From assembly GCF_001194135.2 (NCBI RefSeq), contig NC_069003.1, forward strand, positions 33,008,697-33,072,696: a stretch of DNA of 64,000 nt, in the 5' to 3' direction. Below, in pieces: positions 38,327-55,913 of this stretch. The notes under the pieces are model-generated. The model saw only the letters and a list, made by a program, of their open reading frames with translations. It ran no database searches and was not told the DNA's origin. Origin of the DNA: Octopus bimaculoides. Its lineage: Eukaryota. Position numbers and translations under genes: made by a program. Each line of letters opens with the position of its first letter. Position 1 is the stretch's first letter.

Positions 38327-41300
38327 NNNNNNNNNNATATATATATATATATATATATTAATATTAATTGTGTGTGTGTGCGTGCGTGCGTGTGTATTTA
38401 ACGGCGTCTTTCCATGCTGGAATGGGTTGAATGGTTTGACAAGAGCTGGCAAGCCAGAGGACTATGCCGGACTCTGTTTTGGCATGGTTTCTATGGCTAG
38501 ATGTCCATGCAAACACCAGCTACTTTACAGAGCATACTGGGTGCTTCCCAACCCCTAGCACTAGCGGCGTCACCGAGTAACTTCCAAGACAAAGTCCCCC
38601 TAGACTAGGAGAAGTAATATTGAAGGAGGTGGCTTTGTTCCAGTCGCTGAGAGGTTCAAAGAGAAACAGAGGGATAGAAATGGGTGTCTTGCTGTAGAAA
38701 AGGCACTAAGACATCCCATATAGAAGGGAAGGGAGGAGACTTAGAGAGAGACAGAAACATAGAGGAGAGAGTGGGAAAGATGGTGGCAGATATGTGTCAG
38801 GACATACCATCAAGGTACAGTGGGGGGCGAGGGTGGACCCAAGTGGTGGCCTGAGAAGTATGTGCTCCAGTATGGCCGCAGTCAAATGATTGAAACAAGT
38901 AAAAGAATATTCCTTTACTGATTTATGTGTTCCAGCCCAAAGATTGTGCCCATACTGGGGCACTGCCATTTCCCTCATGTTTTCAATGGCCAATCTTATG
39001 CGGTTAGTTTCTAATGGGCATTAGTGAGTTTGATATTGCTGCCCTCTTGGTCCAACCCATGACAGCATGGAGAATGTTAAATGATGATGATGATTTGAGT
39101 ATTTTGCCCTGGTATTACTTCATTTGGTATCTTGGACAGCAGATCATGCTTCTCAAAAACAGCTGTCACCCACCCATGTTTCTTATTTTACTCAGGTGTA
39201 CCCTCATAGCCATTCAATGTTTAAAAAACTCCTATTTCAGTAGAACTCACATTATGAGTAATTTGTTGTATATGCCGAGACTCGTGCCAATTTTTTTGTC
39301 CTGAAGTACAAGCGGGAATCCACAGTACAAGCACACAAAACAACCCATCTTTAAATTGTTAATAAAACCAGTTTACATATTTCGTTTGCATTCTCGTTTT
39401 TTATAATTGTCATTTTACTTGTAACTACACCTTTTCTGCTTTAAAACCCATAAAATATTATATTTGAGTGGTTTTTAAGGGGCTGGAATGAATGGATTAA
39501 TTATATTTTAGTTAATTTCAATGGGGAAAATTGATTTGTAAAACTGTTACTGCAAGGTATCACTTTATTATATTTTTATAATGAGATATTAGAAATTGTA
39601 TAAAAAGAATTAAAATATTTTCTGTATTGTAGAAGTATAACCAATTTTATTGATCATAAATTTTCATAACGAAATCTTGGCTGTGTGGTAAGTAGCTTGC
39701 TTACCAACCACACGGTTCCGGGTTCAGTCCCACTGCATGGCACCATGGGAAAGTGCCTTCTACTATGGCCTTGGGCCGACCAAAGTCTTGTGAGTGAATT
39801 TGTTAGATGGAAACTGAAAGAAGTCCATCATATATATACATGTTTGTGTATCTGTGTTTGTCCCCCCAACATTACTTGACAACCGATGCTGGTGTGTTTA
39901 CGTCCCCGTGACTTATCGGTTCAGCAAGGTTATTCTAAAAATAATCACATTAATGTATCCTTCAGATAATATATGACTTGAAAACAATGTGAATAAATTA
40001 GTATTATATTTGACTAATCTGGGCCTCACTGAAGAAATGACAAAGGACAGGGAGAAATAGCAATTTGCTGTATTTTCAAGCTAAGTAAAATTGCTGGCTT
40101 CCACACATACAGAGTTGTACTTTCAGGTGTTGGTGTCACTTAAAAAGCACTTGTGCCAGTGCTGTGCCAATGCACCTACATTGGTGGCACATAAAAAGCA
40201 CCCAGCACACTGTTAAGTGGCTGGCATCCAGACATAGGAACCATGCCTTGACAGACAACTCTGTCAAACAGTCCAACCCATGCAGGCAACAAACAGTTAA
40301 ATGATGATGAAAGGTTAAACCTGTTGGTGACAGGGTTTGAGGTTCCAATATGAAATTTTCCATTTTCTTGAGATGTGAAGAGGAATAATGTAACATCCTG
40401 TTGTGTTTCAAGTAGGTGGCAACTAACTAGCCAGGCATACATAGAAGTATACTCTAAAAATTGATGGATAAGGCAACAGCCAGTTGGTAAAGAGGGAAAT
40501 ACTATGCATCTATTCTCAATCATTGCTGCAGTTCATGAAATTCAATGCTCTCTTTGCAGACACATTATATAATCTGAATCAGCATCACAGCTCCAATATC
40601 CTTTACTCCCTATGTAGAATTGAAGCTAGCTACCATTGTCCTAACAAACAAGATGCTATGTAGTTGGTCATTGCAAAATTCCAGGTCTTGGCACTTGAAT
40701 AAAAAAAACTCCCAGAAATGTGAAGGCTGTTCTCTCCTTCATTGAATAGTGGCTTAGCATTCCACAGGAATGTACCTACAACATAATTCTCAGGTAGAAT
40801 TAGTGTCACAAAGCCATACCACCTGACAGGCTTCTTTCAAATTTCCCTACCATGAGGTATATGTTGATGCAAAGTTAGAGAAAATGAGATTTGCCTAAGA
40901 CATCACAGTGGAATGAAGCCCAAGACATCAAGACTGTAAAGCAAGCGTCATAACCAATCACTACAATGCCTGAATAATTAATCCAAGTGACCTGGCTTTG
41001 TTTTGTTTTGAATATCTTTGTGAAAGGTCAGCACAGGAGCAATATAAGCACTGATGCAGTTTACACAAACACAATCAACAGGATTGCCAGAACATCTTTT
41101 TGCTTGGGAGTCCAGGTCTGAGAGTGTCAATGAATGAAGTACCATTATCTTTCAGTTAATTGCAAATTTGACAGTGATGCTCACTGTAATCAAGACATTG
41201 TTAAATTCTGACAACACTCTGTAAATTTCAGGCTTTTTTGTGCCTAAACGACGAAGAAAGAAAATAAAATGAAGAGAAAAGTGGTAAGATTTTTTTTGTT

Positions 41301-41330
41301 TTTTTATTTCCAGTTATGTAGTTCATAAAA

Positions 41331-45490
<4,160 letters not shown>

Positions 45491-45701
45491 TTTCACAGCT
45501 GAAATGAAGGAAAAGGAATATGAGATACAATGCTATCCGATTGCTCTAAAAGAAACAAGACAAGGATTTTTTTTTTTCCTGAAAGACATTTTAAATATTA
45601 AAGACTAAACATTCACGAATAAATCTAGAAGTAAATGTAGACGGATTGAATGGGAAAAGCAATAAGATTACAAAAGATGAAGACAAGAGGTAGAAACTTA
45701 C

Positions 45702-45737
45702 CGTGTATACCCTAACAAGGTAGTACCGGGAAAAAGG
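45702..45737 (-). promoter_or_regulatory. RPL10: RPL10 non-coding first exon with TCT/5'TOP start (CCTTTTTCCC); 5'UTR intron 45499..45701
   Basis: The minus strand reads CCTTTTTCCCGGTAC...TACACG|gtaagt, and the acceptor ttcatttcag|CTGTGAAAATG precedes the start codon. Polypyrimidine starts are established for ribosomal-protein genes. Confidence 0.8.
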
Positions 45738-45746
45738 CCACAGTTT

Positions 45747-45772
45747 CGGAAGTGACGTCATAGATCACATGA
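45747..45772. promoter_or_regulatory. Overlapping ETS+CRE motif CGGAAGTGACGTCA (45747-45760) and E-box/M-box TCACATGA (45765-45772) in the RPL10/SNX29 divergent promoter
   Basis: Exact motifs read directly, about 10 nt upstream of the inferred RPL10 TSS. Function is inferred. Confidence 0.7.
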
Positions 45773-45839
45773 TTTGTTTATTGCAGTCACAACGGGAAGA
45801 GGTTGATGGCGAGACTTGTTTGATCGGCTGCTGTGGATT

Positions 45840-45905
45840 TACACACACACACACACACACAGACACACACACATATACACACATAGCCCTCGTATACATA
45901 CTTAC

Positions 45906-45952
<47 letters not shown>

Positions 45953-46225
45953 TAGATAGATCTTTATATACACATTCACATACATATATAGCATTTATAT
46001 ACATACTTATATATACACAGACCAACATATATATATATATATATACACACGCATATACAAATATATATATATATATATATACATACATACATACATACGC
46101 ATATATATACATACACACGCATATGTATACATTTACAGATACATACATATTTACAAGACTATAAACTACCCACATCTACCTACCCCCCTAATATTATATA
46201 TATGTATACATGTACACATATATAT
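45840..46225. repeat. Compound (CA)n/(TA)n/(CATA)n microsatellite block between the divergent promoter and the SNX29 start exon
   Basis: Read directly. Representative of the many (CA)n, (TA)n, (CT)n, (AAT)n and (GAT)n tracts in the window. Confidence 0.9.
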
Positions 46226-46250
46226 CACCTTATTTCTCTTGACACCAGAA

Positions 46251-49200
46251 ATGACAGGTAAGTCTCTGCAATTCCCATTTTACTATCATTTATTTGTTGT
46301 CGTTCGCTTTTTATTTCTTTTCTTTGTTGTTGTTTCGGCAACAGATTTTTTTTTTCTTCAGCACTCCACCCCACACACGATGGAGACGGTGGAACAATTC
46401 GTAAAATACAAAGGAAAACAAGAAAATCTAGGAACATAAAGGATGGAGACCTTTTAATCGAGGCCCTATGCCAAACCATGTTACTCATAAATTCGTTGAA
46501 ACCCCTTTCATTTAGTACCCAACAGGTTCTTTATTTCGTCGACTACCCAGGCAGAGGACTGAAAAACATATTCAGGATGTTTTCTAGGAATAGGAATCAA
46601 TCCCACTCCCTTGTTTGGGTGCTTTATGTTATCGATCCCGGGAAGAAAGAAACCACAACCAACCTCGGTGCTATTTGAACCCCGAACATAAAAGGACGGT
46701 ATCGAAAATACGGCAGGGCATGTTTGCCCGAAAGACATGTTAATAGATGATGATGATGATTTCTTTGACTACCACTCATAAATGGTAGGAATGGTTATGG
46801 TTACTAGATAGCCTAGTATTGTTACCGTACTATCTTGGGTTCGAATTTCGCCTTTGTTAACTTTGTTGCTCGCCCCCTTCCGTGCCACAGGTGTTGATGT
46901 GAGGTGGTCACCCATAGAAGAACTAGTCGTAATGAGGGATCCGTACAATGGCTAAATCTCCAACATATGACATCAGTGCTTGCTAAGCATAATAATCCTT
47001 TCGACTATAAGGCTGAAGGCCTGGTATCTTCGGGGAGGAGACCAGTCGATTACATCGACTGGTACTTATTTTATCGACCCTGAAAGGAAGAAAGGCAAAG
47101 TTATCCTCAGCGGAATTTGAACTCAGATCGTAAGAACGTTGGTTTCTAACACAAACACAAGATCATGAATTCATTTAAGGGCGAGAAAAGTATAGAGATT
47201 TAAATCGATCCCATTATCTGAGGAGTATTTATTTCATTAAATCCAGAAGAGACGAACCGACAAGAAGCATTTACAAGGTTGCTCGACCAGCGAGAAATAG
47301 CAGTCAAATATCCCAGAAACCACAAGAAAAAGGACACCTGAATAATGTGGTGCTAGTTGATGTATTTTTTGATAAAGCGGGAGGGATGGTCATGGCAGAA
47401 ACGCTTTTGATTTTATTTATTTGTTTATTTTTGTCACTCGAGGCAACAATAATCATGGAGTGTGGCAAACAAGTTCGATCCCCCATCTTGGTGGTGTTCG
47501 TACTTAGAACATAATGGGACAAAACACTGTCCAGTGCCCCCCTCCACCTAATTGTCCAGTAATAATAATAATGACAATGATTTCAAATTTTTGGCACAAG
47601 GCTAGCAATTTCGGTGGGTAGGATAAGTCAAGGGTACTTATTTTATCGACCCCGAAAAGATTAGAGGCAAAGTCGACCTCGACGGTGCCGCTGAGTATTT
47701 TTCCCGGGGTGCCAATGATTCTGCTAAGCTGGCCGCCTTAATCCAGTAATAATAATAATAATGTTCGATGAGGATAGAGCAATAAGAATAAGTGATGGTT
47801 ATAGACGAAATGTTCTGATCGTCACAATCACATGATGATGATGATTTCACGAGTTTTTAAAATTCTATCTTATGACTATTGTAAAAAGGAAGAAGATTGA
47901 ATTAATATCCTTAAAAAGTTTTCATGTTATTTATAGAAATTAGCAAGAATCCAATTAACAATTGCGACGAAGACATTGAAGTCTGGTTGGGTCGGCTGAT
48001 ATCTCTTACATGGAATGACTTTTCATATCCATAACAGTTAATAATAATAATAATAATTGTTTCGAGTTTAGGCAGACGAGCAGCAATATTTGTGGGAAGG
48101 TGGTTTGTTGATGTGATCGATCTCAGTTGCTGACTGGTATGTTTCTATTTTTTCGCTCCAAGAAGAATGAAAAAAGCAATATTGACTTCGGTAGAATTCG
48201 AACTTAGAATCCTTTCGAAGTCAACTTTTGTAAATGATGGAACATTGAGCTTAGCTATATAATCAAGTCAAGGATCGGAAACAAAAGTTTCGATTTCGCT
48301 TTCCTACTGTTGTCATTTCAATGTGGATCACACTGCTTGGAACACACACACACACACACACACACGCGGTAATGTAAGTGTTTGAGATTGGAACTGCTTC
48401 GGACGAAATATCCGCCTCCTCCCCTCCAAGATGAGGTAATAACACAAGGAAAACATGGAAAATATAACACACGAGCGCGTGCGTATGTATCTACGTACGT
48501 GCTTGTGTATAAGTATGTGCATGTGTTTGTATGAATTTATATAATACTAGCAGAAATACCCGGCTTTGCCGGGGTTAAAGAGAATAATGAAATCTAAAAA
48601 CGCCGTCTGGACTATGCAACCCTCAACTGTTAGTAGCTACGATACCATATTTCTACATTAATAACTCTCCAATCCATGCCAGCATGGAACATAGACATTA
48701 AGTGGAATGCCAGTCTCTCATCTAGGAGGGCCTTGAAATCAATGTTACCAACTGGGGACTATGTGTGTCGTAGTGATAATAAAAAGACCCAAAGGAGGTC
48801 TGCAACGAAATAATTTTACTCAACACTTTGCAAGTGAATCAGTGGAGGCAAAGATGCGTCTCATTTACTTGACAATTTATGCACCACATTGCNNNNNNNN
48901 NNNNNNNNNNNNNNNNNNNNNNNNNNNNNNNNNNNNNNNNNNNNNNNNNNNNNNNNNNNNNNNNNNNNNNNNNNNNNNNNNNNNNNNNNNNNNNNNNNNN
49001 NNNNNNNNNNNNNNNNNNNNNNNNNNNNNNNNNNNNNNNNNNNNNNNNNNNNNNNNNNNNNNNNNNNNNNNNNNNNNNNNNNNNNNNNNNNNNNNNNNNN
49101 NNNNNNNNNNNNNNNNNNNNNNNNNNNNNNNNNNNNNNNNNNNNNNNNNNNNNNNNNNNNNNNNNNNNNNNNNNNNNNNNNNNNNNNNNNNNNNNNNNNN

Positions 49201-52200
49201 NNNNNNNNNNNNNNNNNNNNNNNNNNNNNNNNNNNNNNNNNNNNNNNNNNNNNNNNNNNNNNNNNNNNNNNNNNNNNNNNNNNNNNNNNNNNNNNNNNNN
49301 NNNNNNNNNNNNNNNNNNNNNNNNNNNNNNNNNNNNNNNNNNNNNNNNNNNNNNNNNNNNNNNNNNNNNNNNNNNNNNNNNNNNNNNNNNNNNNNNNNNN
49401 NNNNNNNNNNNNNNNNNNNNNNNNNNNNNNNNNNNNNNNNNNNNNNNNNNNNNNNNNNNNNNNNNNNNNNNNNNNNNNNNNNNNNNNNNNNNNNNNNNNN
49501 NNNNNNNNNNNNNNNNNNNNNNNNNNNNNNNNNNNNNNNNNNNNNNNNNNNNNNNNNNNNNNNNNNNNNNNNNNNNNNNNNNNNNNNNNNNNNNNNNNNN
49601 NNNNNNNNNNNNNNNTTCTCTCTCTCTCTTTCTCTTTCTCTCTCTCTCTCTCTTTCTCTTTCTCTCTCTCTCTCTGAAAGTATCTGTCATTACAGTATCG
49701 AAATGTGATTGTTTCAGTTAGTAGAATAGTTTCATTTTTAAAGTGAAAGTATTTGACATGAGTGTTTTTGTTTCACTTTTGACACGTAATACTTAAATAG
49801 TGGAGGAGATATTATGTTGCTGTGGGCTCGAACTCTGGAAGAAGTTAAAAAATTTTTTTGACTGAAACACAACTGGAACCCTAAGTAAGGCATCTGTAAA
49901 ATTTGAATGAAATTGGTTGCGTAGTTCTCGAGTTTTAGAGATTCACACACACAGACAGACAGACAGACACACATTCTCATTTTTATATATATAGATATCA
50001 TTTGTGTTTATATATACAGATTATAGGACACAGCGTAAAGGCTACGAGTGTTCGACCTGCTAGAAATAGCAGCCAAAACACATCCTCCCATCTGAAAGGA
50101 GGAATGGCAACGAATTTAGTCCTAGTAAATACTATAAAAGCTGGGATACATTTTAGTCTAGTTCCGCTTGATTCAGGTTTGACCTTGGGTTAAACAGCAG
50201 CAACAACAACTATTTTGATCAGCGCCGCCCCTCCCACCATAGCGATAAAAGTTGTAATTGGTGACACACCCACTGTAATTACGTCTCGATTTGAACTCAG
50301 TAACTTGATAACAGACGTCAACATGCTGAATTATATTCGTAAACCATTTTTAAATTTAAAAAAAAAAAAGGAAATTCTTCCATTACCAAATTAGTTTAGT
50401 TTTCCTATGGTCGACATAAATCTGTTGACGAACTCAGCAGATATGTTCTGTGTGTGTGTGTGTGTGTATGTTTTCGCTGTCACTGGGGTATCAGCTGGGT
50501 GGACAAAGAATTTTAGAATTCAGGATGCAATTGAAAAAGAAAACAGGACGTCTGCATTGGTAGATGGAGGAATATGATTTCATAAACTTTACAGACATTA
50601 AAGCAATTTGGAAGTGGTTCAGAAAATGTGTGGGGAAGAAAATCAACAGGCATTTTAGCGTGGAATGTTGGCACAAACGATTCTAAAGTCCTAGTCGTTG
50701 GCAACACGTATGTCTATAGTTGTAATTACCAACACCAATCGTTTCTAAAGCAGGCACAAAACCTGAAATTCCAGAAATTTTTGACTGACACTTTAGTTTA
50801 TCGACTCAGGAAGGATGAAAAGCTAAATTTACCTCAGTGAGATTTGAACATAGAACAGGCTGTGGCTCAATACTGCAAGGCATTTTGTCCAAAGCATTAA
50901 TAGTTTTCTCAATTTAGTCTTTTCTTCAACAGGCGCAAGGCCTGAGGTTTTGGAGGAAGAGGCTAGTTGATTACATTGGCCCCAGTACATGACTGATATT
51001 TGTTTTAACAACCCAAAAAGGCAAAGTTTGCTCCTGTGGAATTACTTACCATAATACTTTTTACTATAGGCAAAAGTCCTGAAATTTTGAGGAAGGGGTC
51101 TTGTCAGTTACCTCTACCCCCAGCGCTCAATTGGTATTTATTTTGTCAACCCCCAAATTCTCTTTTAGTGCCTTATTATTTAACATACTCACTAGTAAAG
51201 TTTCCACTCATTTACTTATTTATTTATTTATTTTTTCCTATAATATTACTCCTAGAATGGGATGCAAGTCTGTCACAGGGTTACTCTTTGCAGCTGAGTA
51301 GATGGGACTAATGTGAAATGAAGTGTCTTGCTCAAAAACACAATGCCCTGCCCAGCCCAAGAATTGAAACCATTATCTTGCGATCTGTTGGACCATGCAC
51401 CTTCACTTTCAAACATATAATTCATCATCATCATCATCCTCATCATCGTTTAAAGTCCGCTTTCCATGCTGGCATGGTTGGACAGTTTGACATAGAAGTG
51501 GCTAGCAGGGAGCTGTCCAGACTCCAACAGTTTGTTGTGGCACGGTTTCTATGGCCAGATACCCTTCCTAATGCCAACCACTTAACAAGGTGTGCTGGGT
51601 GCCTTTTTATGTGCCACCAGCATGGGTGCGTTTACACAGCACAGGTGCATTTTAGTGGCACCCGCACCTGAAAGGACAAACCTGTATGCGTGGAATAATT
51701 CTGAAAATAAAAAAAAGAAACTGTAAAATGATTAAGTTACCAAGACATCTAATAAACTTTAATACAAACACATACACATATGTCTGTGTGTGTGGAGGTA
51801 CATGGCCCAGTGGTTAGGGTGTTGCAACCACGATTATAAAACCATTCTCAGACTAGCAGCGTGTTGTGTTCTTTAGCAAAACACTTTATTTCACATTGTT
51901 GCAGGCCACTCACCTGAAGCTGACCGGCACTCTGTTCAGTGGTACTTGATGCCACCCCACCTAGACAGAGTTGGGTGGCATCTTTTGAAAGCTACAACGT
52001 GAGTGTATAACATCTGGTAGTTTGGTAGATATGGTAAGAAGCTCGCTTCCCAACCATATGGTTCCAGGTTCAGTCCCCATGGCACCTTGTGCAAGTGTCT
52101 TCTACTATAGCCTCAGGCTGACCAAAGCCCAGTGAGTGGATTTGGTAGATGGAAACTGAAAGAAGCCATGCCAGTGGCACGTGTAAAGACATTCGAGCGA

Positions 52201-55200
52201 GATCGTTGCCAGTGCCGCTGGACTGGCTCCTGTGCAGGTGGCACCTAAAATACACCATTTCGAGCGTGGCCGTTGCCAATACTGCCTGACTGGCCTTCGT
52301 GTCAGTGGCACATTAAAAGCATCCACTACACTGTCGGAGTGGTTGGCGTTAGGAAGGGCATCCAGCTGTAGAAACTCTACCAAATCAGATTGGAGCCTGG
52401 TGTAGCCATCTCGTTCGCCAATCCTCAGTCAAATCGTCCAACCCATGCTAGCATGGAAAGCGGACGTTAAACGATGATGATGATATATATGTGTGTGTTC
52501 GGCAATCTCCAGCAGATGAAAGACATTGCNNNNNNNNNNNNNNNNNNNNNNNNNNNNNNNNNNNNNNNNNNNNNNNNNNNNNNNNNNNNNNNNNNNNNNN
52601 NNNNNNNNNNNNNNNNNNNNNNNNNNNNNNNNNNNNNNNNNNNNNNNNNNNNNNNNNNNNNNNNNNNNNNNNNNNNNNNNNNNNNNNNNNNNNNNNNNNN
52701 NNNNNNNNNNNNNNNNNNNNNNNNNNNNNNNNNNNNNNNNNNNNNNNNNNNNNNNNNNNNNNNNNNNNNNNNNNNNNNNNNNNNNNNNNNNNNNNNNNNN
52801 NNNNNNNNNNNNNNNNNNNNNNNNNNNNNNNNNNNNNNNNNNNNNNNNNNNNNNNNNNNNNNNNNNNNNNNNNNNNNNNNNNNNNGCATATCTAAACGGC
52901 TAGTCGTTAACTTGCAAGAAACAGCAGTCAAATTCTTCCTCATTCACCTCGTTTCTCTTGAGAATGATTGGGTCAGTCAGTGCTAAATGACACCATAACA
53001 TTAACGACAACAACAGTCTGTTCAGAAATAAACTATGACGACATTACACGCGCACATACTCTCTCTCTCTCTCTCTCTCTGTCCCCCTCTCTCTTTCTTT
53101 CTCCTTTCCTTATTTTCCCGTTCTGTTCCTTTTCTCCTCCCACTCTCCTTACTTTCGTTCAGTCCTCTCTCACTCCCACTCTCTCCTTCTTTCAATTTAT
53201 AATATATACAAATACGAACTTACACACATATATGTACGTTCATACATACGTACATACGTTTATACATTCGCACGTCCACACGTCCATTCATTCATACATA
53301 CGTACACACACACACATACAGACGCCCCCCCCCTCATGCATGCGCACATGCTGTCGCTCTCATGTCATTAAATGGTGTAATGTAACGGCAATAAATGTCG
53401 CATTAACTCATACGGTGCACCACACAAACAAACTACTTAAGCAAGCAGTCGCTCGGTCTATAAGAAATAGCAGCCAAATCTCCATCAAATCGTATCTTAC
53501 CAATGTAAAAAAAAAAAAAAAAAATTTTGGATGGATATATCGCATAATGTAAGTCTTAGATATGTAATATCTAAATATATGATTGAATGGTCATTACTGG
53601 AACGCCTTTCACACACCAACGACGAGGCCTCTCAAATCGTACCTTGAGTAGTTTTTATTTATTTTATTTAAAAGAAGGAAATGTTGCATAAGGCAATCCT
53701 AGATATGTAATGTTTAAAAATAAGATGGAATGGTCGCGATTGGGACCGCTTTTTCTCATGGATGTACCCAATCTGGGCTGACCTGTGGGTAAAGAATTAC
53801 GCGCGCGCGCGCGCGCACATTAACCATTCGCGAGCAAACCTAGATTCAGGACATGCGTTTATACAATTACGTAATGTGTGTGTGTGTTTTAGAAGTTGAC
53901 AATCTGCTTTGAGTTTTCCTCCGATTGAGCGGTTCGCCCTGGCCGAGTTGAAACTGTCAACTTTAGATAAAAATGAACAAATCTAGCAACGTTAACCAAC
54001 GAATTGAGCAGATGTTTGCGCTATGTCAAATGCTGCTTATTTTCATTTTCTGTGCATTCATTACATTGCGACACATACACATAAATAAGCGTGCGCGATA
54101 AATGGCGCATTTTCACAGTTTATATAACATACACGCTAGCGCAGCGTAAACATGACTATACCAGTCATTAGGCTTACTAAAAATAGCAGCCAACTCTAAT
54201 TATACCCTATTACACACTTAAAAATAAAAGGACATATTGGACAGATCTCATATGTCTAGAGAAGATACGGTTTGATCGTTTTTGATCATATCTAGTGGGT
54301 CAGTGGATCAGGAACGACTTGGGGTTAAATCCTCAACAACATAATAAGCACGTTTTCTCTCTCCTCTCTCACTCCCTCCCCCTATCTCTCTCTCTCCCCT
54401 CTCTCTCTCTCTCTCTCCCCTCTCTCTCTCTCCCCTCTCTCTCTCNNNNNNNNNNNNNNNNNNNNNNNNNNNNNNNNNNNNNNNNNNNNNNNNNNNNNNN
54501 NNNNNNNNNNNNNNNNNNNNNNNNNNNNNNNNNNNNNNNNNNNNNNNNNNNNNNNNNNNNNNNNNNNNNNNNNNNNNNNNNNNNNNNNNNNNNNNNNNNN
54601 NNNNNNNNNNNNNNNNNNNNNNNNNNNNNNNNNNNNNNNNNNNNNNNNNNNNNNNNNNNNNNNNNNNNNNNNNNNNNNNNNNNNNNNNNNNNNNNNNNNN
54701 NNNNNNNNNNNNNNNNNNNNNNNNNNNNNNNNNNNNNNNNNNNNNNNNNNNNNNNNNNNNNNNNNNNNNNNNNNNNNNNNNNNNNNNNNNNNNNNNNNNN
54801 NNNNNNNNNNNNNNNNNNNNNNNNNNNNNNNNNNNNNNNNNNNNNNNNNNNNNNNNNNNNNNNNNNNNNNNNNNNNNNNNNNNNNNNNNNNNNNNNNNNN
54901 NNNNNNNNNNNNNNNNNNNNNNNNNNNNNNNNNNNNNNNNNNNNNNNNNNNNNNNNNNNNNNNNNNNNNNNNNNNNNNNNNNNNNNNNNNNNNNNNNNNN
55001 NNNNNNNNNNNNNNNNNNNNNNNNNNNNNNNNNNNNNNNNNNNNNNNNNNNNNNNNNNNNNNNNNNNNNNNNNNNNNNNNNNNNNNNNNNNNNNNNNNNN
55101 NNNNNNNNNNNNNNNNNNNNNNNNNNNNNNNNNNNNNNNNNNNNNNNNNNNNNNNNNNNNNNNNNNNNNNNNNNNNNNNNNNNNNNNNNNNNNNNNNNNN

Positions 55201-55876
55201 NNNNNNNNNNNNNNNNNNNNNNNNNNNNNNNNNNNNNNNNNNNNNNNNNTTTTTACCTCTTTGATAGTGATTTCAAATTTTCGGGGTCAATAAATTAAGT
55301 ACCAGTTGTGTATTGGGGGAGGGGTGATCTAATCAACTGGCCTCCTCCCCAAAGATTTCAGGCCTTGTGCCTAGAGTAGAAAGGGATATTCAGAACAATG
55401 CACTGCTTCATAGTTTCAGTTCTGTTTCAACTTTATTACAAGCACTCAACAATGAAGGGAAGTCAAAAAAAAAAAAAAAAGGAAATGCTCAGTGTAATAG
55501 TAGGACAGTCTCTGATGCAACATCACTTGATTTCATCCACTTATGCCCTCAAAATGTACAACACAACCTTCTATTCTACTGCATTTCTTCTTGCTTTCTT
55601 CTGGTGTTATTTTCTGTATAAAACATTCCATTGTTCCGATCTGTAACGCTAATAATTATATCCTGCTCAAGATAAGATAAATGAATAAACAAGTAAGATA
55701 ATAACAACAGTTGTTATTATTATTATTATTATTGAGTGAGAGAGCAGTCCTTGCCATCAAAGTGACACTGGGGTAAAATATATGAAGCCCATTTTATACC
55801 CATCATGACTACCCGTCTGATAAGGGTACACCAGGCACATGCATCACAACCATATGTGCGCGACATGGTGATCTCA

Positions 55877-55913
<37 letters not shown>

